Below, in pieces: positions 36,221 through 49,797 of a DNA stretch of 64,000 nt. The stretch lies in contig CM052816.1 in assembly GCA_028534125.1 (NCBI GenBank), positions 6,822,001-6,886,000 of the forward strand, given 5' to 3'. The notes beneath the pieces were generated by a model, which saw only the letters and a program-made list of their open reading frames with translations, ran no database searches and was not told the origin of the DNA. The number at the start of each line of letters is the position of its first letter. The first letter of the stretch is position 1. Made by a program: the position numbers and the translations under genes. Source of the DNA: Lama glama (Eukaryota).

Positions 36221-37270
36221 TGTCTAAGATGTGGTAAATGGTAGAGGACAAGTTTCCAAACCTTGCCTGCCATAGGATCAGAAAAGGAAAAGGACACTGA
36301 CCCCACAGTGACACCTGATCAGTTGAAACCTGAGAGTAAAATGTGTAATCTCATTGTCAGGGGATTCCACCTTGGAATTCTACAGTTCAAGCTCTGGGAT
36401 CTTTCTCAAGTGCAAACCAGTTCCTGACACCGGAACTCCAGTCTTTCCCAAATCATTCTCTATGAATAGCTATCACTATCTCATCAGTCTGCCTTCTTCT
36501 TAATTCCTTGCTGCTTCTCCAGCTTTTCCTATCAAAAAAAAAAAAAAGAGGCAAAAACAAAAAACCCAAAGCTTCTCCCCACAAGGATGACTGCTATGTG
36601 GACACATTCAGGAATTAACAAAATTTCTAAGAATTCCAGAATCACACAAAGATTCATATTCATGGTCCTTGGTCCATAACTTCTGACTCCCTCTTGAGAG
36701 AGAGTTTCATGGGGCTTCTGTCTGCTATGAGATTTAGATTCACCAAATTTCTTTCCTAAAACAACTTCACCTCTCAGACTGACAAGATCATCCTTGTCTT
36801 AAACTGGCACCTTGTGTTTCAAAGGCTTTTTGTACAGTGGAGTCCCCAGTTCTCCAGGCTCTGTCATTCTCTCTTCCACTGCCTGCCACTCGTGGCTGGT
36901 AGGCAAGGATGGCTCTTAAAACTAGTGAGAAGGCGAGCATTGACATTATCAGTGACCAGTGAATAATCATTCTCTGTGCCCTTCTTGGCCTGGATGCCAG
37001 TGTGTGCCCTCTCCCAGGTACTACACAAATCCGGTAGTGAACTGACTGAATTGTGGAGAGCTATGCTCAGTTGGTCTTTATACCTATAATGCATTCAAAG
37101 CTTTGTAAACAGGGTTGAGATTACAGTACAGTGGATGATGGTATATGCTTGCAGACTGGGAGAAACAGCTTCTAGACATTCACATGTTTAGCATCCTAAA
37201 GAAATCCCATTCTGCCTCCTCTTACCATGCAAGTGCCAGAGCATTGGAAGGTAGGAGAGAATTATCTGCC

Positions 37271-37770
37271 NNNNNNNNNNNNNNNNNNNNNNNNNNNNNN
37301 NNNNNNNNNNNNNNNNNNNNNNNNNNNNNNNNNNNNNNNNNNNNNNNNNNNNNNNNNNNNNNNNNNNNNNNNNNNNNNNNNNNNNNNNNNNNNNNNNNNN
37401 NNNNNNNNNNNNNNNNNNNNNNNNNNNNNNNNNNNNNNNNNNNNNNNNNNNNNNNNNNNNNNNNNNNNNNNNNNNNNNNNNNNNNNNNNNNNNNNNNNNN
37501 NNNNNNNNNNNNNNNNNNNNNNNNNNNNNNNNNNNNNNNNNNNNNNNNNNNNNNNNNNNNNNNNNNNNNNNNNNNNNNNNNNNNNNNNNNNNNNNNNNNN
37601 NNNNNNNNNNNNNNNNNNNNNNNNNNNNNNNNNNNNNNNNNNNNNNNNNNNNNNNNNNNNNNNNNNNNNNNNNNNNNNNNNNNNNNNNNNNNNNNNNNNN
37701 NNNNNNNNNNNNNNNNNNNNNNNNNNNNNNNNNNNNNNNNNNNNNNNNNNNNNNNNNNNNNNNNNNNNNN
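37271..37770. other. Assembly gap (500 N)
   Basis: Run of exactly 500 N. Confidence 1.
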
Positions 37771-39481
37771 ATTGGTCTATATGTCTGTTTTTGTACCAAT
37801 ACCATACTGTCTTGATGACTGTAGCTCTATAGTATTATCTGAAGTCTGGGAGAGTTATTCCTCCAGCCTCTTTCTTTCTCTTCAGTAATGTTTTGGCAAT
37901 TCTAGGTCTTTTGTGGTTCCATATAAATTTTATTATGATTTGTTCTAGTTCTGTGAAATATGTCCTGGGTAATTTGATAGGAATCACATTAAATCTGTAG
38001 ATTACCTTGGGCAGTGTGACCATTTTAACAAAATTGATTCTTCCAATCCAGGAGCATGGGATATCTTTCCATTTTTAAAAGTCTTATTTAATTTCCTTCA
38101 TCAATGGTTTATAGTTTTTTGTGTATAATTCTTTCATCTCCTTGGTTAGATTTATTCCTAGGTTATTTTATTACTTTGGGTGTTGCTTTAAAGGGGATTG
38201 TTTCTTTACTTTCTTTTTCTGTTGATTCATCGTTAGTGTAAAGAAATGCAATTGATTTTTGAACATTAATCTTGTATCCTACTACCTTGCAGAATTCTTT
38301 TATCAACTCTAGTAGTTTTTGTGTGGACCTTTCAGGGCTTTCTATATATAGTAGCATGTCATCAGCATATAGTGACACTTTTACCTCTTCTTTTCCAATT
38401 TGGATCCCTTTTATTTCTCTCTCTTGCCTGACTGCTGTGGTTAGGACTTCCAAGTCTATGTTGAATAGGAGTGGTGATAGTGGGCATCCTTGTCTTGTCC
38501 CAGATTTTAGTAGGAAGCTTTTGAGTTTTTCACCGTTGAGTACTATGCTGGCTTTAGGTTTGTCATATATAGCTTTTATGATGTTGAGATATGTTCCCTC
38601 TATATCTACTTTGGTGAGAGTTTTTCATCATAAATGAGTGTTGATTTTTTTTATCAAATACTTTTTCTGCACCTATTGAGATGATCATGTGGTTTCTGTC
38701 CTTTCTCTTGTTGATGTGATGTATTACATTGATTGATTTGTGTATGTTGAACCACTCTTGTGTCCCTGGGATGAACCCCACTTGGTCATGATGTATAATC
38801 TTTTTATGTGCTGTTGGATTCTATTTGCTAATATTTTGGTGAGGATTTTTGCATCTATGTTCATCAGTGATATTGGCCTATAATTCTCTTTTTTGGTAGT
38901 GTCTTTGCCTGGTTTTGGTATCAGGGTGATGGTGGCTTCATAGAATGAGTTTGGGAGTATTCTCTCCTTTTCAATTTTCTGGAAGAGTTTGAGAAGGACT
39001 GGTATGAGTTCTTCTTTGTATGTTTGGTAGAATCCCCAGGCGAAGCCATCCAGTCCTGGACTTTTATTTGTAGGGAGGTTTTTTATTGCTAATTCAATTT
39101 CATTTCTAGTGATCAGTTTGTTCAAGTGGTCAGTTTCTTCTTGGTCCAGTCTTGGTGGACTGTATGTTTCCAGAAACTTGTTCATCTCCTCTAGGTTATC
39201 TATTTTGGTTCTATATAGTTTCTCGTAATATTCCTGTATGATATTCTGTATGTCTATGTTATTTGTTGTAATTTCTCTATTTTCCTTTCTTATTTTGCTT
39301 ATTTGTGCTCTTTTTTCTTTTTGTGAGTTTGGCCAGAGGCTTGTTGATTTTATTTACTTTTTCAAAAAACCAGCTTTTGGTTTGATTGTTTTTTTCTGTT
39401 GTTTTTTTTAATCTCTATTTTATTTATTTCCTCCCTGATCTTTATTATTTCCTTCCTTCTGCTGCCTTTTGGGGCTTTTTT
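37771..39481 (-). mobile_element. Relatively young, 5'-truncated L1 ORF2 fragment (RT domain), frameshifted
   Basis: ORF2 peptides [15 protein letters not shown] and [11 protein letters not shown] (YADD at 38358-38369), split across ORFs 38724-39185, 38563-38781, 38163-38453 and 37835-38023. Confidence 0.95.
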
Positions 39482-40429
39482 CTATGATCTTATTTTCAAA
39501 AAAGAAAAAGGGGAAGAAATTTTTATAGTTGCAGGAATCCTTAAAAAAAACAAGTGTGCGGGAAAATACAGACCAAATTATTAGCATTGGTTATCTGGGG
39601 AGGGAGAGATTAAAGAAGGATAGAAGAAGACTATTAATGTCCCCTTCATGCACCTCTGAATTGTTTGACATGATAAAATAAATATGCATTACTTTTATAA
39701 CCTGGAAAATCCAAAAAAGCTGAAGGAAGGGAGGGAGGGAGCAGACAGAAAGAGGGAGAAAAGGGGAGAAGAGAGAGGAAAAAAAATTAAGAGAGATCTG
39801 TGATCTTTGGTCAAAGTGGACGGAAGTGTCTTATATGTCTACAGGGTTTTGGGGATCATGCCTGATTCTTCATGGATATTAGGACTTAAAGGCAAAGCAT
39901 TGGCCTAACAGATCCTGACTCTGAATCACCTATTCCCTGCTCCTTCAGAGTCTGCCAGGTTCCAGGGGGTCCAGAGAGAAGACTTTCTTTGTTGTTACCA
40001 TTCAGTATGAGTTTTTATTTTTGGAATTGTATGCCTACGGTGTCTCCCCTGAATTACAAATGTGAAATTCCTTTATCGTCTTTACTTTTCTCAACCTAAA
40101 ACGTGAGTTTCCCATCCCCTAGAGTTTTTCTGGAGTTCTCCCTTAGAGGAGCAGACACAGGGAGGATTCTGGGCTTCTGAGTCCTTGGGCAGCATGACAC
40201 CAGAAATGTGTGCACCCACAGTGCTTCCTGGAACCCACCCTTTCCTCACCTCAGCTCCCATATTCCACAGCAGCAAAGTACAAACCTTTTAGTAGTTACC
40301 ACAAGTAGCTGTGCAACTTTTACCAGCTGGAAATTTATGACAGATCAGCATGAAGCTTCAAAGGCCCTTGGAGGTAGAATGAGGCAGCAGAAAACACTCA
40401 GGACTCAAACACATTTCAAAGTGATAAAA

Positions 40430-40584
40430 ACAGTGTGCTGTTGGAAGTGCAGAGAGACGGGCACACTCACATCCTGTTGGTTTGAAGATAAACAGGTACC
40501 GCATCTCTGAAAAGCAGCTTGGTAACACACCTGAAAGGTCTTAAAATGTTCTTTTCTAAGGAAATAATCAAGAAATAGCAAATG

Positions 40585-40616
<32 letters not shown>

Positions 40617-41180
40617 TATATACATATATATATGTATATATCTTATATGGTTGTTGTGGGAATTAAGTTAATTCATCTAAAGTGCTGAGAACAGTTCCAG
40701 GAGAAAAGCCCTGTAGAAAAGCTCTGTATAAGTTATTAGCTCATTATAATAACAGTTCTTCCTTCCCTCTTTAAATCTCCCTTGCTTTTTAAACCTTCTA
40801 AAACATCCTTATATTATATTTATAAACAGGAAAGAATATTTTAAAATATAGATGTCAATCCTAAAGAAATCACCTAAAATTTTTACATGCTTGATTTCCA
40901 AGGATGTTCATATGGTAATTTATAATCATGACAAATTGGAAATAATTTCAATGTACAAAAATAAAGGAAAGATCAGGTAAATAATGATGCCTCCATATGA
41001 TTGAGCACTTTGCAGAAATTAAAAATGATGATCCTGAGGAATTTTATTAATGTCTGCGAATGCTAATGTTCTAAGTTAGGAGGGGTGCGAAAGGATACAA
41101 GATCATTTACATATACTTTCAACTGTGGTCCAAAAAATGCAAACGAGGAGCCTGGAAGACATTGTAACAAAATGTTAGGT
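40430..41180 (+). mobile_element. Ancient L1ME-type 3' fragments interrupted by a (TA)n(CA)n repeat and a MIR piece
   Basis: gtgctgttggaagtgcagagagacgggcacactcac...caaggatgttca...aaattggaaataatttcaatgt. Confidence 0.5.
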
Positions 41181-42284
41181 AATACCTTCTTCCTACACCT
41201 AAATCTCGCCTCCTCAAAGGGGTGCAATAAATTCTAAGGTCCAGAAACTTTCAGGGAATAGGTAGATGACAGTTTCTTAAAACAGGGGACCCAGAATAGC
41301 CCTCTGTCCACAGAACTCATGGAACATTAAAGCAGGATGAGGCCTTGGAGGAGATGGTGGTGCATGAGGTAGGGGAAGACGCAAGAGTTCAGGACTAGGA
41401 CCATCCTGCCTTCAAATCACAATTCTAGCTGCACTCTTTAACCCCTGGTGGCCTCAGGCAGGTGCTTTAACCTCTCTAAGTCTCTATTTCTTCCTCTGTA
41501 AAGTGGAAGTCCCTACACCATACATAAATGAAGCCATGGGCTAGTTACACCTAAGTTCTCAGGAACTGTGAATGGTGGAGGCAATGGCAATGATAGTGGC
41601 CTTCCCAACAGCCTCCATCTCACCAGGAATAAACCGTGGCCTTGAGAGGTAAAGAGACTTGTCCAAGTCACTCACCAAAAATCAACCAAAATTCCCTTTC
41701 TCTGGGCCAGAACTGCCTCCCCAGAGTCTTTTTCCTTTGCTTTGCCCCCTCTAACTCCATTTTCCCTTTTGAAAATAGCTGAAATGATCACTTGGGTATT
41801 TAAAAATGCAAGTTACTGTCATGCGCCCAAAGTAATAAATGTTTTAGAGTTTCAATTAAATTAAATGTAGGAAAGCTGGATCTCTTTTCTATATCCAATG
41901 AGTCATGCAGACCCATTACCCCACTCCCCATTAATTCTAATAAGGTCAGCTCATTACCGGAGTCTCCTCATGACTGCATAATGAACCGGGGTAGGGTGAG
42001 CAGTTCCCACAGAGACACCTGAAGCCAGGGCCTCTGGAGCTTCTATGCCATTTCTCCCACCTATCGAAACTCAGGCCTCGGAGCTGAGGTCAGTTCATAC
42101 ACATCAAGGCCAGAGGAGCCAGAGGAAACGTGTCTGAGATGTATACAACTAGCTTAGAAGTCAGGAAGCCCCACCCCTCATTTCTCCTGAGACTTGAAAA
42201 CAACATTCTTCTACAGTTTGTTTCCTGTCTGTTATTTCTTTCTTCCAAGCTAGAGTCTCTACTTCTGAAGGGAAGACACCTCAC

Positions 42285-42470
42285 TATTTATGGACCATGT
42301 ACTCTGTGTCAGGCACAGTGCTAGACACCATTATTATCACCACCTTGCAGATGAGGAAAATAAGTCTCAATCTCAGAGTGGTTAAGTGGCTTTCCCAAGG
42401 ACACACAGGTAATATGTAGCAGGGATGGAATTTGAGCCCTGACTCCAAACCCCATAGTCTTAACTGTCAA
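42285..42470 (-). mobile_element. MIR SINE
   Basis: tgcagatgaggaaaat...ggttaagtggctttcccaaggacacacagg...ggaatttgagccc. Confidence 0.75.
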
Positions 42471-43084
42471 GTTTTGCTCTCTCTCTTCTGATAAGCATCC
42501 CAGATGGATTGGACAGAGAGATCTCTGGACAGGGACCACACATCTTATTCCCTGCTGCATCTCCAGTGTATCATATATGGTCGATGAGAGGATTTTGAGA
42601 TGATGAAGAAAAGCCCTTGACAGAGTGTAGAAATTATTGGTGCTAAAACATAAGCCAATATGACTTTAGTGCTGTACACTTAGTAGATGACCAATAACTA
42701 TTTAGAATGATAGAACAGAACTTACTATCTTGATTTCAGAAAACATCTGCTTCAATCCTCTCATTGTATGGAGAGGAAAAATAATTTGGTTAAGAGGACA
42801 AAACTAACTAAAAACAGAAGAGGGGGTAACTTCATGTCTGTCCTCCCTTCTCTTCCCCAGGGGCTTTAAAACCCAGCTCCCTGTAGTGCTGGAGTTTTGC
42901 AGAGTCTGGGGGAGTCCCTACAGAACGAAAAAGAGGATAAGGAGGGATTGTAGTCCCCCACAATTTCACCCTTCCACCTGAGGTGGCTGTGCTTTAACCA
43001 TTTTTAAACTGGGCTTCTGTACAGGAGTTCATATGATGAAAGGGCTCTGCTGGTTAAAAAAAAAAAAAGTAGAAAAAGTGGACC

Positions 43085-45150
43085 TTATATTTCATGCAGA
43101 ATTATGGAGAAATATTAGAGATTTTATATACTCTTCTCAAAACTGATAGATCAAGTAAATAAAAAATAAAGATATAGACGATCTCCATGATGCAATTAAT
43201 AAACTAGACCTAGTAAAATATATGAAACTTTGCACCCATCAAATGAGGATCATCGATGCTTTCAAACACTCGTGTAACTTTTACGAAAATAAAGAACACA
43301 AAGGAAGGTTCTAAATATCCCAAAGAATCAATATCGTCTAGATTGTTCTTTGATCACATCTGCATAAAGTTAACAATTCTTAATTATAGCTCAAAATACT
43401 ATATATGTGCAAACTAAAACAAATTACTACTTCACAATCCTTGGGTTGAAGAGAAATCCATGAAAGAAATTATAAAACACTTATAATCAAAAAAACAATG
43501 AAATCAATGCAAACTGAAATTTGTAGAAAATGGCAAAACAGCACTAAAAGAAAATTTCTATCTTTAAATACAATTAACAGAAACAATAAAAAATTGAAGT
43601 AGCAAGCTAACTGTTCAACTCAAGAAAATAAAAAAGTGTAAGATGTACCAAAAGATAAGATGAATTAAAGAAAACTATAGAAACCAATAAATAAAAAAAT
43701 AAAAAATAGTTACAAAAATGAAAAAATCCAAAATATGGGGCTTGAAAAAGTAATGTGGGCAAACTCTGGAAGGACTGATTTAAGATTTAAAAGGTACCGA
43801 TCAAATTTTTAAAACCACAAAATGATGACAAAAATAAAATATGTAATTTTTAAATTATAAACTATACATGAAAAAGTGAGAAAATATAAATGAAATGTGC
43901 AAGTTTCTTAAAATATATATAATTATCAAAATTGGTATAAAAAAGAAATATAAAACTTATGCAATCTAATTAGCCATCAAAGAAATTAAGATGATAATAA
44001 AAGTCCTTCCTTCTCTCCAAAAAAAGTCCTGAGGGTTAGATGATTCAATAGAAGAGTTCTAACAGAATTTCAAGGAAGAGATCATAATCCCTCTCATACA
44101 CAAATTGTTAAAAAAGAAAGAGAGAGAAAATAATATGAGAGATTTTTAACCAATTTTTATGAGGCTTATAAAAACTTTACCAAAACCTAGGCAAGAAAAT
44201 TACAAGTAAAGGAAAGTTATATGTTTATTTATTCAATCACATATATGAAAAATTTGAGTAAAATGTTAGCTTTTAATTTTTTTCAAACAATCTATCAAGA
44301 CCAAGTAGGATTTATTCAAGAAAAGCAAGTGTGGTTTAACATCAGGGAAAAAAATCATCAATATCATTATGTATAATTACAAACAAAAGGAGAAAAACCA
44401 CATTATCTCAATAGTTACAAAAGGCACTTTACAAAATTTAATACCTATTTAATTATGAAAAACTCTCAGAACACTGGGAGCTGAAAGAACTTTCCTTAAC
44501 TTGATGTAAACTATATTCCAAAGACCCACATCCAACATTCAATTTAATGAAAATCCTTTAGATATATTCCCCTGAAATCTTCAAATCTTCTTTCAGTCAA
44601 GAATAAGCTAAGCTAAGGTTTCAATTATCACCAGTACCATTCAAAATAATACTGGAAACCTTGCCCAATTCAGTAAGACTATAAAAATAAAAGCATAGTA
44701 TTAGAAGAAAAAAGACAAAACTGTCCTTACTAGCAGATGATATAACCATCTGGCTTTTAAAACCTAACAGAATCAAGAAGCAAACTACAAGAACTAAAAA
44801 TAGAATTCAGTAAGGTTGTCAGATTTAAGATAAATTTATACATGCAATAGCATGTATCTACACCAGCAATAACCAACAGAAAACAGAAATTCATTCCTAA
44901 CAGCAACAAAAATGATAAACTGGCTAAGAACGATAAAGGAAGACGGTACATCATCATTATTTTAAAATACATTTAATGGCATAAAAGAAGTCTTGAAAAA
45001 ACAGAGTTATGTTTATAGATGCGATTACTTCACATTTGTAATGATGTTGATTTCCCCCTTATTTATCTACTAATTCTGTGTAATCCTAATTAAACTTACA
45101 GGAGAATCTCCTAAGAAATTTGACAAACCATATCCTTCAAGTGAGTCCTT
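43085..45150 (+). mobile_element. Highly degenerate old L1 ORF2 fragment (endonuclease end through RT)
   Basis: A-rich; gaccaagtaggatttattcaagaaaagcaagtgtggtttaacatc and ctagcagatgatata (ADD-like) motifs. Confidence 0.8.
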
Positions 45151-45599
45151 CTACAACTAAGGGGGAAAAGTCTAACATGAATTACATTACTAGAATTTAA
45201 GAAAGGAGACCTAGAGACCAGGACAACAACTTTAATACTCTTGTAAGACTTGGCAATTTTCATAGCATCCATATTTGTCATTGTTGTGACCCCCTCCACC
45301 CACCCCAATTCTCTATGGCCTCAGTTTCTCAATCTGCAAAGATATCTCTCACAATGTTTTACAAAGAACTGTCTGTTTCAAAATACCAACTGGGGTTAGT
45401 GTTAAGTCAGAATCCTGTCCTGCCCAGGCCTTCTGTGGTGAATACCCACCACATTCAGTCTTTCCAACTTCTGCATTTCTTCTTTATGGAAACTGTTCCT
45501 TCCCCACCCCAAGTGATTCTGGTGATGCTGTCACTCAAGTGACCCTTCTTTCTCTGCCACTCAGATGGCCAACTTCTGTAATCCCCTCTTTGGACACCT

Positions 45600-45975
45600 C
45601 TTGTCGGCATATGACCCAAGCAAAACTAACCAGAGTCTGTTTTAGGAGCTGACATGAAACTGAAAGAGAGGTTATGCTCTCTCCTCTGAAATCAATGCTT
45701 GTGATTAATCTCTTGTATCAATGATACAAGCCTAGAGTTCCTGAACCTATTTTTACCATCATGTGGAGAAAGCAGAAGTCAATATATACATAAAAGGTTT
45801 AAAAAAGAGAAAGAGGGAGCTTTAATGACATAATTTAACTGCTAGATCCAGCCATGCCTGAAGACAATCCATTCTTTTGATTTTTCAAGTAGGAAAGCCA
45901 TTAACAGTTTTGTATCTAATTAAGTTGGTTTGAGTTGGCTTCCTATTACTCGTAACAGAAAGAGTTCTAATTACT
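45600..45975 (+). mobile_element. MLT1K/L-like LTR
   Basis: ctagatccagccatgcctgaag...gtttgagttggcttcctattactcgtaacagaaagagttctaa. Confidence 0.6.
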
Positions 45976-46129
45976 CTGCATACTGTATCAAAAGCTGTAA
46001 GCAAGTGTTTCACTTTTATTAGCTCCCTGGAAGAGTATGATACACACTAAAGTTTGAGAATTAATCTATGGCTTTTTCAGGATCTAAGTAACAGGAAGAA
46101 GAATAGAGCAGGACACTGGGTTTAAGTAA

Positions 46130-46605
46130 ATGAACATACAACCCATGATCTAGCTCCTGCCTGTCCCTCTAGCTTGGATTCATGCCATTTGCTACCTCTT
46201 CCACAGAGGACTTCTCTTAGTTCCTCCAACAAGACACTGCTTACCTCAGGACATTTGCATGTGCTTATACCCTTCTCCTTCATCAATACTGCTGGCTGAT
46301 TCTCAGGTTTTGGCTCACAGATCAACTCTCAGAGAGTCCTTTTCTAACAACCTCATGGAAAGGAGGTCACCTCTCTCATTATCCACTATCTTATTCATCT
46401 TGATTTTAATTTATAGCTTTTACCAACTTTATAACTACCTATTTGTCAACTTGTTTTTGTCTCCTTCCCCTACTAGAATATAAGCTCCAAGAGAGTAAGG
46501 ACTAACGCTGTCTCGATCACCATTATCTTCCCCATGCCTGGCACAGAGCCTGACTGACACTTAGCAGCATTTCCAATAAATATGTTTGAATATATGAGTG
46601 AATCA
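46130..46605 (+). mobile_element. L2 3' end
   Basis: actagaatataagctccaagagagtaaggac...caataaatatgtttgaat. Confidence 0.8.
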
Positions 46606-48287
46606 CCACCTACCCAATAACCCTCCTTGGGAAAAGTAAGGATGGAAATTCTGCATTCACTCCATCACCTCCCTCAGCTGAGTCAACCAACAAAAACAGA
46701 GAAGAGGGGGCTAGAAGAAGAAATGGGAAACATGCTTCCATGGGAATTTTCAGATGTGTATCCTGTGCCAACCTTGAATGTGCTTCTGAGAGGAACACAG
46801 AATCATCAGGTAACGCACAGGACAATGTGGTCCCTGTCTGCAAAGAGCTTCTCATCTGGCTACAGAAACAGTTCAAATAAGGAGAAGTGAGACAGAGGGA
46901 GAAACATACAAGAACAGCAACTCCAAAATTATGCTTCATCTTTGCAGACACTACTAGCATTTTATGGCAAAATAATTTGTGAAACTAATAGAGAACACAG
47001 AGAGGAAGAGAACAGACACATCTCTACCATACCAAGAGGGAAAGCTGCAATTAAACTGACATCTCTCATTCAGCAGCCTGCAGGCTCCACAGATATAGCT
47101 CTGCGTTGGTGCTGCGTCTCTTTCTTCCTCAGTAACTTGGTCTCGTTTTCCCCTTCTGGCGTCTTATTGCAATAATAGGTTTGTTATTACAGCTCTGAAG
47201 TCAGAGCAACACGCGAGAGTGGGGAAAATGAGAGGAAGAAAAAAGATGAACATGAATAAACGGCTTTTGCCTGAGAGCTCTTGCCACATTAGGATACAGA
47301 GGGAGGACCGTTTCCTCTAGCTCATGTTTGTCTTTCTCCTTTTGTGGCGCTCTCTAAAATGAGCTGCAGGGTAACAGAAGAGGCTGTCTTTGGGAGTGTG
47401 TCTGTTCGGGTCCCTGAAAGAATTAAATTACATTCAAGGGGCACATACTTAGTTCCCTATTAGGTGAAGGAATAAATAGGGATCTTATAGGTAATAAGTG
47501 CCCCTACTCTGCCAAGCTCTGCTCTGGGTGCTGAGAAAACGCCAGTAAAGAAGAAAGCCAATGTCCCCACTCTCATGGTGCTTATATACTTGTGGAAAGA
47601 GAGAAAAACAAATAAATAGATAGGTAAGACAGGAAAAAAACTAATAAAAACATAAGACCACAGGAATAAATGCAGATAAGTCTGAAATGCCATCCTGACT
47701 AGAAGATGCTTCAGCTGAGAAAGTAACCATGCAAAAAACACTCTGAGTCTGCAGATCAGTAGAGAGGAGCCTGGAAAGTGGCAAGACCCTAAGAACAGGT
47801 GAGTCAGAGCTCCCCCGGACAGAGGGAGGGACCCTCACCTCAGTCAGTTGACCCAACAGCCACAGGGACTTGAAGGGCTGTGACTTACAATGAAGAAAAA
47901 TGCTGCTCCATCCCCTGCTTTGTGTGGCTATCTTCACGCACTGAAACTCTTACTTATTTTAATTACATTAAAGAAACTTGCGTCCTTTGCCTGGATATGT
48001 TAGTATCTCTTCATCAATCACAGTCACTCTTGAGACAACCATACAAAGGCAGTTTCAAAGAATGACAGAAGTCTAAGGGGGAAACAAAACCAAGGACGGT
48101 GACATTGAGGGCCTGGGAAGGAGAAAACAACATTCGCTTGGATGTTTGGGCAAGGCCTCTCTGAGGAGAGGATGAAAGGAGGCCCCCAAGGCCAAGAGAT
48201 GGAACAGAGGGCACAGCCAAGGTAAGCAAATGGAGGCGGAGGCAAGACTGAGCATCTGAGGGGCAGGGTGAAGGTCACCGGGTTAAA

Positions 48288-48440
48288 GTGGTGCTTGAGT
48301 GTGGTCCCCAAGCATCCGCAAGAACTTGTGAGAGGAAAAATCACGCAAGAGTCAGAAACTCTAGGAGTGTAGCCCAGCCACATATGTTTATCAAGCCCTC
48401 CAGGTGATGCCAAGGCTGCCAGTGTGAGAGCCACCAGGCT
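48288..48440. mobile_element. MER5A-like MITE
   Basis: gtgtggtcccc...tcagaaactctagga...caagccctccaggtgat...tgagagccac. Confidence 0.7.
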
Positions 48441-49580
48441 GCAGTACAGTGAGGGAAGAGCAGACGTGCAGGAGGGGCTGAACCAGGTCCTCCTTTAGAA
48501 GTGAATTCCCAAATCATGACAATAAGGCAGCCAGTTCATCTGAGATTTTCATCGAATTCTCAGCACTTACCATATTGCCTAACACAGTCAATGCTCAATA
48601 CTTGTTTACTGAACAAATAAATAAAAATATTAATAGTGACCCCCTACTTTGCACAAATGTCAGTTACTAGACAAAGAAGTGTCAGAGCAATAGTAGCTTA
48701 CAATCTACCAATGGAGAGAAAAGAGAAATGCAAAGAAAAAAAGGAGACCCACTGCAGTCAGATACGCTGATATCGACAAGAACTGAGAGGGAAAGAGGGT
48801 CAGAAAAACTAAAAAGCAGACAGAGAGCTCAATAAACACAAAAGTTTCAGCATTTAGTTTTGGGGCAAACAGTGTAGTTCATTAACCCCCTAGGGAATCA
48901 CTATATCAATGGAATGGAGTAACTATCATTCAACTTGTCTCCAAGAAAACCAGAAATGTTATATTGATTCAATCCATCTATAAAAAAAAACACACAAAAA
49001 TATGAGTCTCTACTTAAATGGAAAAATCCCCAGCTTTATGGAAAATTCCACTATCCAAAATGCTTCATTTCCCGAGGCATTTTAGGTAGCCAACATTTTT
49101 ACTGTACTGCTATTATTTTTATTACCAAAGCATTCTCATGACCCATAGTAGGGGATATTGGTGCTAACCAGGTCTACCTAGAAGCCAGCTTCTGAGAGCC
49201 TTCTCAGCAAATGTGAGTAGGGAAACCCAAGCCAGCCAAGCCCCTCTAGTTGTTAAGACATCAGGTAGGGCATGAGTCATTCTAAGATGAGACACCAGCC
49301 TCTCTATCGAACCTCTCCGTAACAGGGTGGATTTTAATAGACTCTTCCTCTCCTCCTTCCTTCCTCCCCTCCTGGCAGTTAGCAAATTCATGGGATGAAA
49401 TCACCTCCCAGATTTCTTGAATTCTGCACTGTCTCCAGATCAGAGAGAGCCCTCAACAGAAGCCTCCCCTTCCTCTGATTGACTCCCCAGGTAGGCAGTT
49501 CTTGACTGTCTAATCCAAATCCTTCCCACTGCATGAAGCCCATTTCCTCTCACTGAATTTGGAAGTTCCTTCAGCTAAGT

Positions 49581-49699
49581 AGGAAAAAGAAAGAAAGGAA
49601 AGAAAGAGAGAGAGAAAGAAAGAAAGAAAGAGAGAGAAAGAGAGAAAGAGAAACAGAAAGAGAGGAAGGAAGGAAGGAAGGAAGGAAGGAAGGAAGGAA

Positions 49700-49793
<94 letters not shown>

Positions 49794-49797
49794 AAAA
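49581..49797. repeat. Compound (GA)n/(GGAA)n/(GAAA)n polypurine microsatellite
   Basis: About 217 bp of purines with a single C; about 10 GGAA then about 23 GAAA units. Confidence 0.97.

Noticed and set aside
37145..37888. 200-247 aa ORFs
   Set aside because: Artefacts of translating through the N gap
38163..39185. Reverse transcriptase as a functional or novel gene
   Set aside because: Ordinary L1 ORF2, split by frameshifts and 5'-truncated
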